From positions 49,848,001 to 49,912,000 of the forward strand of contig NC_042999.1 in the NCBI RefSeq assembly GCF_006345805.1: a DNA stretch of 64,000 bases. The letters are read 5' to 3'. Below the pieces are notes generated by a model. It made no database searches and was not told the origin of the DNA. It saw nothing but the letters and a program-made list of their open reading frames with translations. Both the position numbers and the translations under genes were made by a program. This document shows, in pieces, positions 24,840-38,787 of this stretch (its first letter is position 1; every line of letters starts with the position of its first letter). The stretch comes from Octopus sinensis (Eukaryota).

Positions 24840-26156
24840 AAATAAAAATTATTGGAATGAAATTTTTTAGGGTGTGAGTCAAAATGACTTAGAGCATTTA
24901 GTCGTATACCTTCTATTTTTGAGATAAAAATCCTAACTTTGCCTTTCATCTTCCCGGTATTGAGAAAATAAATACCAGTTGAGTGCTAAAGTTGGTTTAT
25001 TTCACTATGCTCATTCCATAAATAAGTAGACTTGTGCCTATGCTGGAAATCAACATTACAATCAATATTTTACACAGTCAGTCTTAATTCAGTTTTTATA
25101 TTTAATCTTAACATGGATTGCTGTTTTTTTTTTTTACATGTAATGCAGGTTTTCCTAATTCTAATCTTATATTCCTTACTTATTTTGTTTTTTCTTTCCA
25201 TTTTGATTCCTTTCAAGTATTTCAATGTTCATGTCATTTTTTTTTTTTTTGTAATTCTATATTCAATAATCTGTCAAATTTGACGGTTAACATTTTATAC
25301 CTGTCAAAAGAAATGACTGGACAAGCATTAGGTAAGGCTGACAAATAAAAAAAAGAATGTTACAGTGATTTTGGTAAATTTTTTTATATTTCGAAAATCA
25401 ACATTTGTCTTCAGTTTCATTGTCAGAATGTTCTGCTTATTCCTCTACAGACACTTTAAGGGGAAATAGCTGACAAAGAACTTAATATTGTAACATGTCA
25501 TGTGTCTGATACTGAAGCAATTTTCTATTTGTTGAACAAATTTCCAATTTAAAGAGAAATTTTGCACAGATTTAGCTATTCCTCTATTGAAATGGAGAAT
25601 AAAGTTTATGATTCAATTAAATTGATGGAGAAATTACACAATTATATGGAAAGTGAAAGTGAAAGTACCTCTCATACTAACACCACTGTGAACATATGTT
25701 ATACTATAAAAATGTGCTATACTCTTCTATATAAATGCTGATCTTCTTTCTGGAGAGAAGAGAAAATTGATCTGAGAAATTCACATAAAATTTATATTCT
25801 ATTTTCCAAATTTAATACACTGATACCTCAAAACAAAGGCTAGACAGGAATTATGGAAGAATAAATTTGGCATAACATTACTGTGATATATAGTGATGAT
25901 AATTTTTTTATTAGTCACAGGGGTCTGAATATACTTATCTATCATACTAAAGAATTAAAATACATATGGGGTTGTATATACAAAAAACTCACTTTGCAAC
26001 CACGTGGTTTCAGGTTTAGTCCCACTGTGCAGCACCTTGGGCAGGTGTCTTCTACTATATAGCCACAAGCTGACCAATGCCTTGTAAATAAATATAGTAG
26101 ACAGAAATTATGTTGAAGCTCAGTGAGTTAGTGTGTGTGCGTGTGTGTGTGTATAC

Positions 26157-26208
<52 letters not shown>

Positions 26209-26339
26209 TCCGCACTAAGGCACGGATTTTATGCCCTATGGTCGTAACTTCAACCGTGCTTTTTCTGTTGTGAGTTTGCTACCCAGTTATTGGTTATCTT
26301 TCGAATGATCCGTAATAAGATAATTCATTTGTCTACTTA

Positions 26340-26375
<36 letters not shown>

Positions 26376-26590
26376 TCTTTACTCTTTGACTTGTTTCAGT
26401 CATTTGACTGGGACCATACTGAAGCACCGGCTTTAGTCGAGTAAATCGACCCTAGGACTTATTCTTTGTAAGCCTAGTACTTATTCTATCAGTCTCTTTT
26501 GCCAAACTGCTAAGTTATGGGGACGTAAACATACCAGCATCGGCTGTCAAGTGATGTTGGGGGTACAAACACAGACACACAAACGCGCAT

Positions 26591-26637
<47 letters not shown>

Positions 26638-27424
26638 CATATATATATATCATCATCATCATCATTCATTGCTTTAATATCCAGTTTTCCATGCTTGCTT
26701 GGGTCACATGGAGTTTATTGAGGCAGATTTTCTATGGAGGGATGCCCTTCTTGTTGCCAATGCTCACCTGTTTCTAATCACAGCAATATTTCTCTCTATC
26801 GAGACATGTTCTTGCAGAAATTTCGAAACGAATGGCACTACCTCTATCACAGTAACAATCATTTTACAATTATCACTCAATGTCAAGACAAGGCCACACA
26901 AACACAACACAACACAACACACACATATATAAACACACACATAGTGGGCTTGTTTAAATTTCTGTTTACCAAATCCACTCAGAAGGGTTTGATCAACTCT
27001 GGGTTACTGTAGAAAGCACTAGCCCACAGTGCCATATACGGGGATTGAACCAGAACCATATGGTTGTAAAGCAAACTTCTTACCCAACAACTCCACCTGC
27101 ATGTGTGTGTGTGTGTGTATTTGTGTTTGTCTCATCCTCCACTTGACAATCAGTGCTGGTTTATTTATATCCCTTAACTTAGCAGTTATACAAAGGAGAC
27201 CAATATAATACATACCAGACTTTAAAAAAAATAAGTACTGGTGTCGATTTGTTTGACTAAGCTCCTTAAGGTGGTTCGAGAGCATTTTTTGTTTTCCAAA
27301 CGGTAATACAATAATCTCTTGACTACCACAGGTGTTACATTCCAAAACACCACCGTGTGGTGAAAATCTGTGAAGTAGAAACAGTACTGTATTGTATTTT
27401 TTTTCTTATTTTGTAATATAACCT

Positions 27425-27833
27425 CTTTATTCTTTACTCTTTTACTTGTTTCAGTCACTTGACTGTGGCCATGCTGGAGCACTGTCTTTAGAGCACTGTC
27501 TTTAGAGCAAATCGACCCCAGGACTTATTCTTTGTAAGCCTATTACTTATTGTATCAGTCTACTTTGCTGAAGCGCTAAGTTACGGGGACATAAACACAA
27601 CAGCATCGGTTGTCAAGCAATGTTGGGGGGGGGGACAAACACACACACACACACATATATACATATACACGACGGGCTTATTTCAGTTTCCATCTATCAA
27701 CTCCACTCACAAGGCTTTGGTTGGCCAAGGCTATAGTAGAAGACACTTGCCCAAGGTGCTACGCAGTGGAACTGAACCCGGAACCATGTGGTTCATAAGC
27801 AAGCTATTTACCACACAGCCACTCCTATGCCTA
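27425..27833 (-). mobile_element. Family A SINE
   Basis: Full-length copy with a short internal duplication (GAGCACTGTCTTTA twice). Confidence 0.8.
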
Positions 27834-28935
27834 TACACACACACACACACACCAACTGATTGTGGCCGATGCCGGACCCCACCTGGCACCTGTGCAGGTG
27901 GCACGTAAAAAGCACCCACTACACTCGTGGAGTGGTTGGCGTTAGGAAGGGCATCCAGCTGTAGAAACACTGCCAGATCAGACTGGAGCCTGGAGCAGCC
28001 CCTGGCACCCCAGACCCCTGTCGAACCATCTAACCCGTGCTAGCGCGGAAAACGGACGTTAAACGATGATGATGATGATGATGATTACTGTTAATTTTGA
28101 TGCGTATATATGTACATTGTTTCGAATTTATCATGTATTGTCTCATAGCTTCAAGATTTCTATAATGTGATTGCTTAGTTATAGAATGACACTGTAGAGT
28201 TAGTGTGAGAGACTGGATGTGGCCAATTTCGTTATAAAACAAGTAGAATACTTTGGCCAGATATACTCTCTTTACTCTTATACTCGTTTCAGTCATTTGG
28301 CTGTGGCCATGCTGGAGCACCACCTTTAGTCGAGCAAATCGACCCCAGGACTTACTCTTTGCAAGGCTAGTACTTATTCTATCGGGGTTTTTTTGCCGAA
28401 CTGCTAAGTTACAGTTTTTGCCGAACTGCTAAGTTTCTCAAAATGTAACTATTTGTGTATATAACTGTATTTAGTTGGGCAATTATTATTATGTTACTTT
28501 TTCTTAAATCTGTCTTTATGCTTGCAAAACTTTAGGGAGAGTATATTCACTTCAATTATTATTGTGTCAAGAATCTCCTCTAGCTATCACTCTGTGATAG
28601 CTGGAAGCCACATTAAACCATGAGCAAACACAGCAAGACAAATTTTTTTGCAGAAAAAAAAAATATATATATATAATAAAAAAATGTCTGAGAATGGAAC
28701 TTCTTTTCCAAACAAACAATGCAGGAGGAAGTCAAAATATCCTGAGGCTCTTTGTTAATCAAAAAAGGGAAACAGAAGAAACTTTTTGCCACAAAGTAAT
28801 TCTAGAAGAATATCTTCTAAGCAAAATTTCTGTGTCTATGAAAAGCAACAACAATGATTATTATTAACGTGGTGGGGAGAAGGGGGGATTATATTAACCC
28901 TATTACTAGATTGGTGCTTTATTTTATTAAATATG

Positions 28936-29259
28936 TGCAGAAGTGGCTGTGTGGTAAGTTGTTTGCTTACCAACCACATGGTTCCGGGTTCAGTCCCACT
29001 GTATGGCACCTTGGGCAAGTGTCTTCTACTATAGCCTCGGGCCAACCAAAGCCTTGTGAATGGATTTGGTAGATGGAAACTGAAAGAAGCCCATCGTATA
29101 TATGTATATATATAGATATGTGTGTGTGTTTGCGTGTCTGTGTTTGTCTCCCAACATCGCTTGACAACCAATGCTGGTGTGTTTATGTCCCCCGTAACTT
29201 AGCAGTTCAGCAAAAGAGACCAATAGAATACGTACTAGGCTTACAAAGAATAAGTCCTG
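28936..29259 (+). mobile_element. Family A SINE (3' truncated)
   Basis: Head through ...GAATAAGTCCTG. Confidence 0.8.
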
Positions 29260-30850
29260 AAAATGCTGCTTCCAGAAAGTGCTAATATTCTGCATAAAAC
29301 TCTTAATTTAAGTAAAGGAAAGGAAAGGAAAGCTTATTATGAAATCTATTCTATAATAGAAATGTTCTGGTAGTATATGTGAATTTTAAATGAGAGTCTA
29401 ATTGTGATGATGATAAAGATTAAAATGATGATAATGATGACAATCATGATTTCCATGACAATAATTATGAAGTGTATTAAAATCATGCAAAAGATTAAAT
29501 GAAGATATTATCTGAAATGTGTACCAGATGGTAAATATTACACATTTTAAACATGTATAATTTATTGTACATAGACAAATTAAACAAATGACTTTTGTCT
29601 CCTCATGAGCATAAAAAGACAGATTAACTGAACATGTGTTGGTTTTAAATGTGTCTTGTTTAAAAGCCATGCACCCACTCCATCAATCCATAGAGAGCAT
29701 TATAGCTTATAATAATTAATAACTATAATATTATTATGACTTTGCTAACTTGGTTAGTCCAATTTGAGTATTAGTACTTTGTTAGCAATGTAGCCAATTA
29801 ATTAATTAATTAATTAAGCACTAAACTGCACATTGCATTATGTGAAATGTGTAATATAATATATGCCGACAAATATAAGCAATTTGCTTTTCTATCTCTC
29901 TCCATGGATAGAGAAAGAGAGATTATCCAGATTGGTTTCAACTCTATTGTAGTCTTCATCATTATCATTTAACATTCACTTTCCATGCTGACATGGGTTG
30001 GATGGTTTGATATGGAGCTGGCTAGCAGGGAGCTCTCCAGACTCCAGCTGCCTGTTGAGGCATGGTTTTTATAGCTAGATGGCTTTCCAAATGCCAACCA
30101 CCAAACAGAGTGTGCTTGGTTTTTCCTTTTTACATGCCACTAGCTTGGATGCATTTATGCAACACTAGGATAGGTGCATTAACACAGCACCAACACCATG
30201 CCAACTAAGTAAATAATAATAAAGAAAATATTTTCTTACATTTGTTTACATGTAATAAATTACCTAATATCTAATTTTTTTTTGTTTTTCATGCTTAGCC
30301 ATCACAGACTAGTGAATATAACTTGGTTGCTTATACGATGTTTTGCAAATTGTTTAGGGTACCGATGTAGCTGCAAGCAGACATTGGCACCTTCCCAGCC
30401 TTTCCAATCTTAATGGAAAATCAAGGATGTGGCAGATGGAAGGAAAGATAACTGCCCAACTGTACCAACATTTGGCAGCTGGTACCCATTTTCAGCAAAC
30501 AAAGTAGACCAGTGAAATGTAGAACCCTACTCAAGAACACAACACATCACTCAGTCCCAGAATTGAACTCATGATCTTATGATAGTGAACCAAATATTCT
30601 TATCACTAGGCCATTATATATACCTTAATATATCATCATTTAACATCCGTTTTCCATGCTAGCATGGGTTGGACGGTTTGACTGGAGAGCCAATGGCAGC
30701 ACCATGCTCCAATCTGATCACGCAATGTTCCTACAGCTGGATGCCCTTCCTAATGCCAACCCACTCTGAGATTGTAGTGGGTGCTTTTTACATGCCACCA
30801 GAACAGGAGCCAGTCAGGCAGGCCTGCATCATTCACGTTCAGACACATAT

Positions 30851-31189
30851 ACTCTTTTACTTGTTTCAGTCATTTGACTGCGGCCATGCTGAAGCACTGC
30901 CTTTAGTCGAGGAAATCGACCCCAGGACTTATTCTTTGTAAGCCTAGTACTTATTCTATCAGTCTCTTTTGCTGAACTGCTAAGTTACACACTAGCATTG
31001 GTTGTCAAGTGATGTTGGCAGGGGACGAACACAGACACACAAACACACACATATATATACATATATACGACGGGCTTCTTTCAGTTTCTGTCTACCAAAT
31101 CCACTCACAAGGCACCATGCAGTGGAACTGAACCCGGAACCATATGGCTGGTAAGCAAGCTACTTACCACACAGCCACTTCTGTGCCTA
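30851..31189 (-). mobile_element. Family A SINE with internal deletions
   Basis: Head and tail both present. Confidence 0.8.
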
Positions 31190-32535
31190 TATATATATAT
31201 ATATATATATCAAAATTTTGAATTATACAACATGCTATTTTGTGCATTGTTAATTAATCAATTGACAAGGACATTGTCAATTCAATAAATACAATTTTCA
31301 ACTCAATGCTTTTCAAATTTATGGATTTATAACCATTTTCAAGGATTGCTATTTCTGGATTCATCATTTTAAAACCTTCTTTTTCTCATAAAATAACACA
31401 AAAAAGAAATTCCTCTAAAAACTAATAAGATTGATTCTTTGCTATTATATTGTTAACTGCTTCAGTAACATTTGTTTTGCAATAGTTTGCTATAAATAAT
31501 GTAATATGCTACAAGAACTTTCTGAAGCATCAGAAGTAGATTGCGAGACAGGCATTTCTAATATAGTTGCTATTGAACCAAGTTGTAAATTATTGTATAA
31601 AAAATATACAAAATTCTGATATTTTTCAGTCAATTAAATCTAAGGATAAATATGTTAGAACAAAGGATTATAAACTGAAGTCAGTAAAAAGCCATAAGTG
31701 CTCATTTCAGAACTAGCTCTCCTGGGGAACTTTGAGAGGTAGATGAATAAATTTGTTTCTACAACACAATGAAAAGCCTTCAATAAACATTTGGAATTTG
31801 CAGAAAGAAGTAAGGATGAAGAAAGATAAAAATTGAACTAATCATTACAGTGGTTAGATTATTATTGTAAATAGTTTTATTATCAAAATAACTATTCATA
31901 GTCCATAGCAGTCTTGATGCTAACATTGCTAGTACTTCAGTAAATAGGGTCAAGATGTGAGTTCATACAAATGATCAATCATTTTCCTCTGAATTAAAAA
32001 TGGCTTTATAATTTAAATTAGAAGAGGAAATTTGCATGGCAGCAATGTATTTACAACTAAAATAACAGAAGGGTAAGATAAATATGATTTACTGTTAGGA
32101 TTAAGAAAATGACTGGAATTTAAACATCTTTGAAAATACAATGAAAAAGAATGAAGTGATAAGCATATACAGTGAAAATAGATACAGATGAATGAAGGAA
32201 GTGTTATGAGCTGTTTGCAGATAGCCAGATTAGTAACAAGTGAAATGTGACCAGAATATGTAATGAGAAAGAATGTTAAGATGGATTGAAGCAGATGTTA
32301 GTCAAAGGAAAAGTAGGTCAGTATAATATGGACATATGATGGGAATCAATACTAATAACTATACAAACAACTGGTGAATATTACTTATGGATATGAAGAA
32401 AATAATGAACTGATCAGTAGTGGGAAGTCAGATAGAAAATACAGTTTCAGAATAGAATGACAGAAATCTGAACAACCATGAAATTAATTTTACTGTGGAA
32501 GTATTGAATAAAATTTTAATAGTGTAAACAGAAAC

Positions 32536-32721
32536 TATTTGAATATTAGAAAATATTCTTCCTCTAAATGTCATGAGGTCAGACAAAAATTTTATCATAA
32601 TGTAGTCTTGCTTATTCCCAGTTCAAGTGTTGATCTTCTATAATGCATAAGTGAGACCCATAATAAAATAATGTTTTCATATCTGTGAGGTGTTGGCTAC
32701 ATTCACAGACACCACAAGCTG
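32536..32721 (-). pseudogene. Decayed tandem duplicate (pseudo-exon) of the 33487-33706 exon
   Basis: Minus strand reads HLNWE*ARLHY, a +1 nt insertion, then IKFLSDLMTFRGRIFSNIQI|gt, versus NLTSIQARLHYIKILSDLMTFGGRIFLATIM|gt in the real exon. A polypyrimidine tract and AG lie at about 32719-32760. Confidence 0.75.
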
Positions 32722-33486
32722 CTTCAAGAAAACAAAAACAGAAAACAACAACAAAAACAAAACATTTCATCGATTGGCATAAAATTACTCCAACTTTTTA
32801 CCTGTAAATGTACAGTTTCACCCCACCTACTTCTTCTACTGCAGTACCCTCTGCTCCTCAGTTGACAAGTCACATTCCAACTCCTCTTAAGCTCTCCTTT
32901 CTCATTCTTTTTCACATTTGTCTCCACTGCACCATTCTTTACACCAGCCACTACAGACCCCACTTCCTTCCTTCTCAGATATTCAAGCTCTCAAGAACTC
33001 GCTTTTATATATGTCTTCTAGCAACTGTCAACTTGATCGTTAACCACACTGATTTCACTAGTTTTTCGAAGGCCCCTGGAGGCCATGAGCACAATCCAAG
33101 AGAAAACATAAATAAATAAAACAACTAAGGATTGTGAACGATCCAATGAAGCGAAAAATTAATGGAAAAAAGGCACAGTTACTTTGGGAGAAGACTTAGA
33201 AAGAAATATATTTCAGCAGAGATGGATATAAACTTAGCATGATTCTGAAAATATTCTGTAATATTTTTGGCTTGAATCTGGATTTAATCAATATATTTAA
33301 ATGTAGACATTGTGCAAGCAGTCATTAGAAATATAGGAAAGAAAATCACAAGGAAAAAGGAAATAGAATAAAAAACACTTGAATAATTACTTTGTTTTCA
33401 CTTTTACATTTTTTCTTTTTTTTTTTCGGTGAAGTTAAGTTTTAAATTATTTTCTGTTGGGTTTGAAAATAATGAAAAGAAATTAC

Positions 33487-33706
33487 CATAATAGTAGCAA
33501 GGAAAATTCTTCCTCCAAATGTCATGAGGTCAGACAAAATCTTAATATAATGTAGCCGTGCTTGTATTGAAGTCAAATTCTTCTGGCCAGGTACTGAAAG
33601 ACTTTGATTCTGCCTCAAATAGTGGGTCAGTGTTCGCCGTACATCTTTCATTTTCATGTTTTCTAAAATTGTCCTTGGAACAAATCTGTTTAAACCAAAT
33701 TCTTTT
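33487..33706 (-). CDS. FRMPD4: FRMPD4-like exon (220 nt, phase 2-0): (E)KEFGLNRFVPRTILENMKMKDVRRTLTHYLRQNQSLSVPGQKNLTSIQARLHYIKILSDLMTFGGRIFLATIM
   Basis: Acceptor tatttttcag|A completes the GA-A codon; donor ATG|gtaatt. Matches FRMPD4 EKEWGL..F.P...MKEK...NQNL.PPGKKLS..QAKVHYLKFLSDL..YGGRVF. Confidence 0.92.
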
Positions 33707-33834
33707 CTGAAAAATAAATAACAAATAAGAGTAATTTTTAGAAAATTCTAGGAAGTTTATAAAAAGGATTTAGTAAAAGTAGCAATATTTATCATTTTAT
33801 TGTTTAACTGCGAGTAAACCCTAATTGAGTAGAC

Positions 33835-34290
33835 CTATAGAGCAGCTAAACGGCTTCCGTGCCAGTGGGACATAAAAGGGCTCCATTCGAGTGTGATCAT
33901 TACCAGCATTGCCTTACTGGCACTTGTGCCCGTGCTAGTAGGGTGCCAAGAGCACCATCTGAGCATGATCGTTGCCAGAGCAGCCAACTGGCTCCATGCC
34001 GGTGGCATGTAAAAGGGCACCATTCGAGCGTGATCATTACCAACGCCACCTTACTGGCACCTGTGCTGGTGGTATGCGCAAAAAGATTCGAGCGAGGTCA
34101 CTGGCACTTAAAAAGCACCCACTACACTCTCAGAGTGGTTGGCATTAGGAAGGGCATCCAGCTGTAGAAACTCTGCCAGGTCAAGATTGGAGCCTGGCGC
34201 GGCTGTCTGGTTTGCCAGCCCTCAGTCAAAATAGTCCAACCCATGCTAGCATGGAAAGCGGATGTTAAACAATGATGATGATGATGATAG
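33835..34290 (+). mobile_element. Family B repeat
   Basis: About five diverged internal units, (GAT)n tail; about 130 bp from the acceptor of the 33487-33706 exon. Confidence 0.75.
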
Positions 34291-35436
34291 TCAAATGTGT
34301 GCCAGTCATGACCATCTCCTCTTTTCGATTTTAAACTGTGTATCAAGGATTACGTTAACCTGTGTATTCTTTTCTTATTTAGGATGCTATAAAAGTCTGA
34401 TTTTATGGAGATTTGCTGTTATTTCAAGCTGCTAGAATGATCCTATCAAATCTTTTTTGGCTCACAATGTAGTATCTGAATGAGATAGTCAATGGCTTAT
34501 TGCAAAAATGTTACTTTGATTACATGCTTGTTCACTTAAGAACATCATATCTGATTAATTCTGAACTTAGAGCTCTAACAGATAAGTGGGTGTTTTGCAA
34601 AATGATCATTTGTTATACAAGAGCAAATGTGATAAGAACTTCAAAGATAAATGTACACCTATCTTATTTCATATCAAAATAGCCTTTGGGCAAACTAGAA
34701 AATCGAATTTAATAACATTTTCTTCGCTCCTTTATTCCCAAGGAAGGAAATACAAATTACTAAAATGTTTATTTCTAAGACCATCAAATGTAATAATGTT
34801 AGCTGCTATACTGATAAAGATTTCCTGAAGCAATTCTCAGATCAGCCGTGTTTCCCCCCCCCCCACTAACTTTTCCAATCCATCAACATTGCAAATTTTC
34901 TCTGGCTGCCATTGTCCAAACTAAAAAAAGGGTATGATGAACTATTTCATATTGTCATGAATTAAACTAGCAATTAAATTAATATTTGAATAGCTCAATC
35001 GTATATCTTGGATGGGTTATCTTTATTCCAGGACAGATTGGACTTAATCTATAAGTCTACAAAGAGCTTGTTTGACAATTCTCAATTCAGTCACAACCTG
35101 AAACAGAACTTTTCTTCTAAATATCTAATCCCAATAATGACTTGGTGTTCTAACCTCTTCAGTAGTGGCTAATGGTTATAGCTCTAGTGTGGCCAGATAT
35201 TCTAACTCACTCTATAGCTGCTACATTCTCTCTCACTCTCTCTCTTACACACACACACACAGAGTCACATGGTTGTGTGTTAAGAAATTTGTTTCATATG
35301 GTTCAGAACTCAGTCCCACTGTATGATATCTTTGGCAAGTGTCTTCTGCTATGGCTCTGGGCTGACCAAAGCCTTGTGAGTGTATTTGGCAGATGTAAAC
35401 TTAAAGAAGCCCATTATATGTGTGTGTTTGTGTGTG

Positions 35437-35488
<52 letters not shown>

Positions 35489-35782
35489 ATATGTATATTT
35501 GTGTGTGAATGTCTGTGTTCCCTTGTCCTGATATTGCACAATAGTTGTACAGCAAGTGACACTATCATGCAAGCAGTGTCAATAATTTCCAGTATTCTGT
35601 GACAAAATTTCTGGCAAAGGAGAAATATTACTTTGCATGGAAACAAATGAGGGTTGTCAACAGGAAGGGCATCCAGCCATAAAATTATGCCTAAATAAAC
35701 TCCATGCAATCATAAAGAATGTGGACATTAAAATGATGATGATGATGATCTCTCTCTCTCGCTATATATATATATATATGTA

Positions 35783-35998
35783 CAGAGGCCACCGGAAAAA
35801 TGTATACATACTTCAGGAGAAGAAAAATCTGCATAAATATCTTAATTCAGTGTTATTGCAATTTTTTCAGCATTATCACAATTTGATGAAACATTGAAAG
35901 AGGTATATATATATTTATATGGGTACTTATACAAGTTAAATATTTATACAGATTTTTTCTTTCCTGAAGTGTGCATGCATTTTTTAAAGTGGACTCTG
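35783..35998. mobile_element. Tc1/mariner-type MITE with ~65-bp TIRs
   Basis: TA-CAGAGGCCAC...CTTCAGGAGAAGAAAAATCTGCATAAATA versus TATTTATACAGATTTTTTCTTTCCTGAAG...GTGGACTCTG. Confidence 0.65.
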
Positions 35999-36294
35999 TG
36001 AGAGTGTGTGTATGTATGTATATATATATATATATACACACACATAAAAATTATATAATACTATTCCACTTGTAGCGGAATAGTATTTAACTGCTATTTC
36101 TAAATTTCGGTATGTAGTGAAACAATTTTGCTGAACCCTAATTATAATTATGCTTATAATTATAGAATTTTTGTATAAAGTTACCGATAATGGTTCTTTT
36201 AACATATCAAACTACTTGGTAAAATTATTAATTGTTAATTGATTAATTTATTTTACACTTTATTATTATTATTGATAATATCTATCTATCTATC

Positions 36295-36325
<31 letters not shown>

Positions 36326-36994
36326 CATTTCTTAATCTTCTATTTGTTTCAGTCATCAGACTGTGGCCATGTTTGGGCACTGTTTTGAATCTTGGTCAAA
36401 GTACTTATTTTTTTTTAACCTGGTACTTATTCTATAGGTATCCCTTGTGGAACCACTAAAGTTATGGGGATGTAAACACGCCAACACAAGTTGTCAAGTA
36501 GTAGTGGGGAAGAAATACAGACACAAAGATATGCCCTATCTTATGGGAAGTACAATGCCCAAATTTATAATGACCTTCACTCATGATTAAGAAACTGTAT
36601 GTATGGTACACATGTTGTGTGTACCATATTCCTGGTTTCTTAGTTTAGGAGCTGTTTTGGTCATCCAAGAGGTAGAAATAGAGAGCCCTGTGAGCCAGAG
36701 TGGCTGCTCCAGCGCATCTCTCTCACCATTCTCTGGGGCAAGACCTTTTCCATTTTGTCTGCTGGGACCATAAGCTAGTCAGACTTACAAGAAATGGTAC
36801 ATTGTATTCCTTAATGTAAAGTTACTCCGTATATATGATGTCATGCAAAGTTTATTACAAACTTAGCTACTAGGTTAAGATTCATATTGAAATTGTTGAA
36901 ATTATTTCCCCTGTATTATTTTATAGCTACAACTAGGTATTTGTTTTCTTTCTTTAACTGAGAGGCAATTTTTAGTCAAATCTAAATGGTTTTC

Positions 36995-37515
36995 TTTTAT
37001 TCTTTTCAGTCATTTGACTGTGGCCGTGCTGGAGCACTGCTTTTAGTTGAGCAAATTGACCCCATGACTTATTCTTTGTAAGCCTAGTACTTATTCTATT
37101 GGTCTCTCTGGCCGAACCGCTAAGTGACGAGGACGTAAACACACCAGCATCAGTTGTCAAGCGATGTTGTGGGGAACAAACACAGACACACAAACATATA
37201 TACACACACACACACACACATACATATATACAATGGTCTTCTTTTAGTTTCTGTCTACTAAATCCACTCTTAAGGCTTTGGTCAGTCTGAGACTATAGTA
37301 GAGGACACTTGCCCAAGGTGCCATGTTTGTCCCCCTAGCATTGCTTGACAACCGATGCTGGTGTGTTTATGTTCCCGTCACTTAGCAGTTCAGCAAAAGA
37401 GACCGATAGAATAAGTACTAGGCTTACAAAGAATAAGTTCCGGGGTCGATTTGCTCGACTAAAGGCGGTACTCCAGCATGGCCGCAGTCAAATGACTGAA
37501 ACAAGTAAAGGAGTA
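36995..37515. mobile_element. Two family A SINE segments in inverted orientation
   Basis: A minus-strand copy (36995-37325) directly abuts a plus-strand 3' half (37325-37515). Confidence 0.8.
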
Positions 37516-37822
37516 AATAGCTAAGAAGTTCACAATCACAAGGTTCTAGGTTTGATCCTATTGTGTAGAATCTGTGACTAGCCATTTTCTACCATAGCTT
37601 TGAACTAATATAAACCTTATGAATGAAACTGTAAATAGCTCTGAAAGTTTGCTACATATTACATTGTACCTATAAATGCAAAAGACTAGACTTACCACAC
37701 TATGACATGCTTATTCTACCCAAGAATGATATTTTGGGTTTATTTGTCAGTGGAATACTCAGCCACTAACATGCTAATTCAATGAATTTTGTAGTTTGGT
37801 TGATAAAAAAAAACAAAAAAAA

Positions 37823-38144
37823 CTGACACTCCATCAGTTATGACAATGAGGGTTCCAGCTGATCCAATCAATGGAACAGTCTGCTTGTGAAATTAACATG
37901 CAAGTGGCTGACCACTCCACAGACACATGTACCCTTCACGTAGTTCTCAGGGAGATTCAGCATGACACAGAATGTGACAAGGCTGGCCCTTTGAAGTACA
38001 GGTACTACTCATTTTTGCCAGCTAAGTGGAGTGGAGCAATGCGGAAAAAAAAAGCGTCTTGCTCAAGGAGACAATATGTCACTGGGAATTGAACTCATGC
38101 CCTTACGATTGTGAGCTGAATACCTTAGCTACCAAGCCACATGC
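37823..38144 (-). mobile_element. tRNA-derived CORE-like SINE (family E)
   Basis: Minus strand: TGGCTTGGTAG...GAGTTCAATTCC, CCTTGAGCAAGAC, TCCACTTAGCTG...AATGAGTA. A related decayed copy lies at about 30350-30615. Confidence 0.55.
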
Positions 38145-38363
38145 AACTGAATAATCATCATTAAAAGTGGTGGAAATGTATTTATATTTTATTACAAGAT
38201 AATCCTTCTATAACTTTGTACAAGCATGATAGACTATTCCACATAGCAGGGCAACCCAGCTATCAACAAATATGTGGCTTAAGTTCTGTTAGTGGGCCTA
38301 TTGTCCTTTTCTTGTCAACTCATGTTCATCAGAAATTATATGAAGGAAGTGGCCTTGATTTGT

Positions 38364-38787
38364 TACTCTCTTTTACTCTTTTTTACTTGTTTCAGTCAAT
38401 TGACTGCGGCCATGCTGGAGCACCGCCTTTAGTCGAGCAAATCGACCCCAGGACTTATTCTTTGTAAACCTAGTACTTATTCTATCGGTCTCTTTTACCA
38501 AACCGCTAAGTTACGGGGGACGTAAACACACTAGCATCGGTTGTCAAGCGATATTGGGGGGACAAACACAGACACACAAACATATACACACACACATACA
38601 TACATATATATACACATATATACGACGGGCTTCTTTCAATTTCCGTCTACCAAATCCACTCACAAGGCTTTGGTCAGCCTGAGGCTATAGTAGAAGACAC
38701 TTGCCCAAGGTGCCATGCAGTGGGACTGAACCCAGATCCATGTGGTTGGTAAGCAAACTACTTACCACACAGCCACTCCTGAGCCTA
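38364..38787 (-). mobile_element. Family A SINE
   Basis: Full-length copy. Confidence 0.85.

Noticed and set aside
33850-34130. Regularly spaced repeat units resembling a CRISPR array
   Set aside because: Eukaryotic context, the spacers are homologous to each other, and there are no cas genes; these are SINE-internal tandem units.
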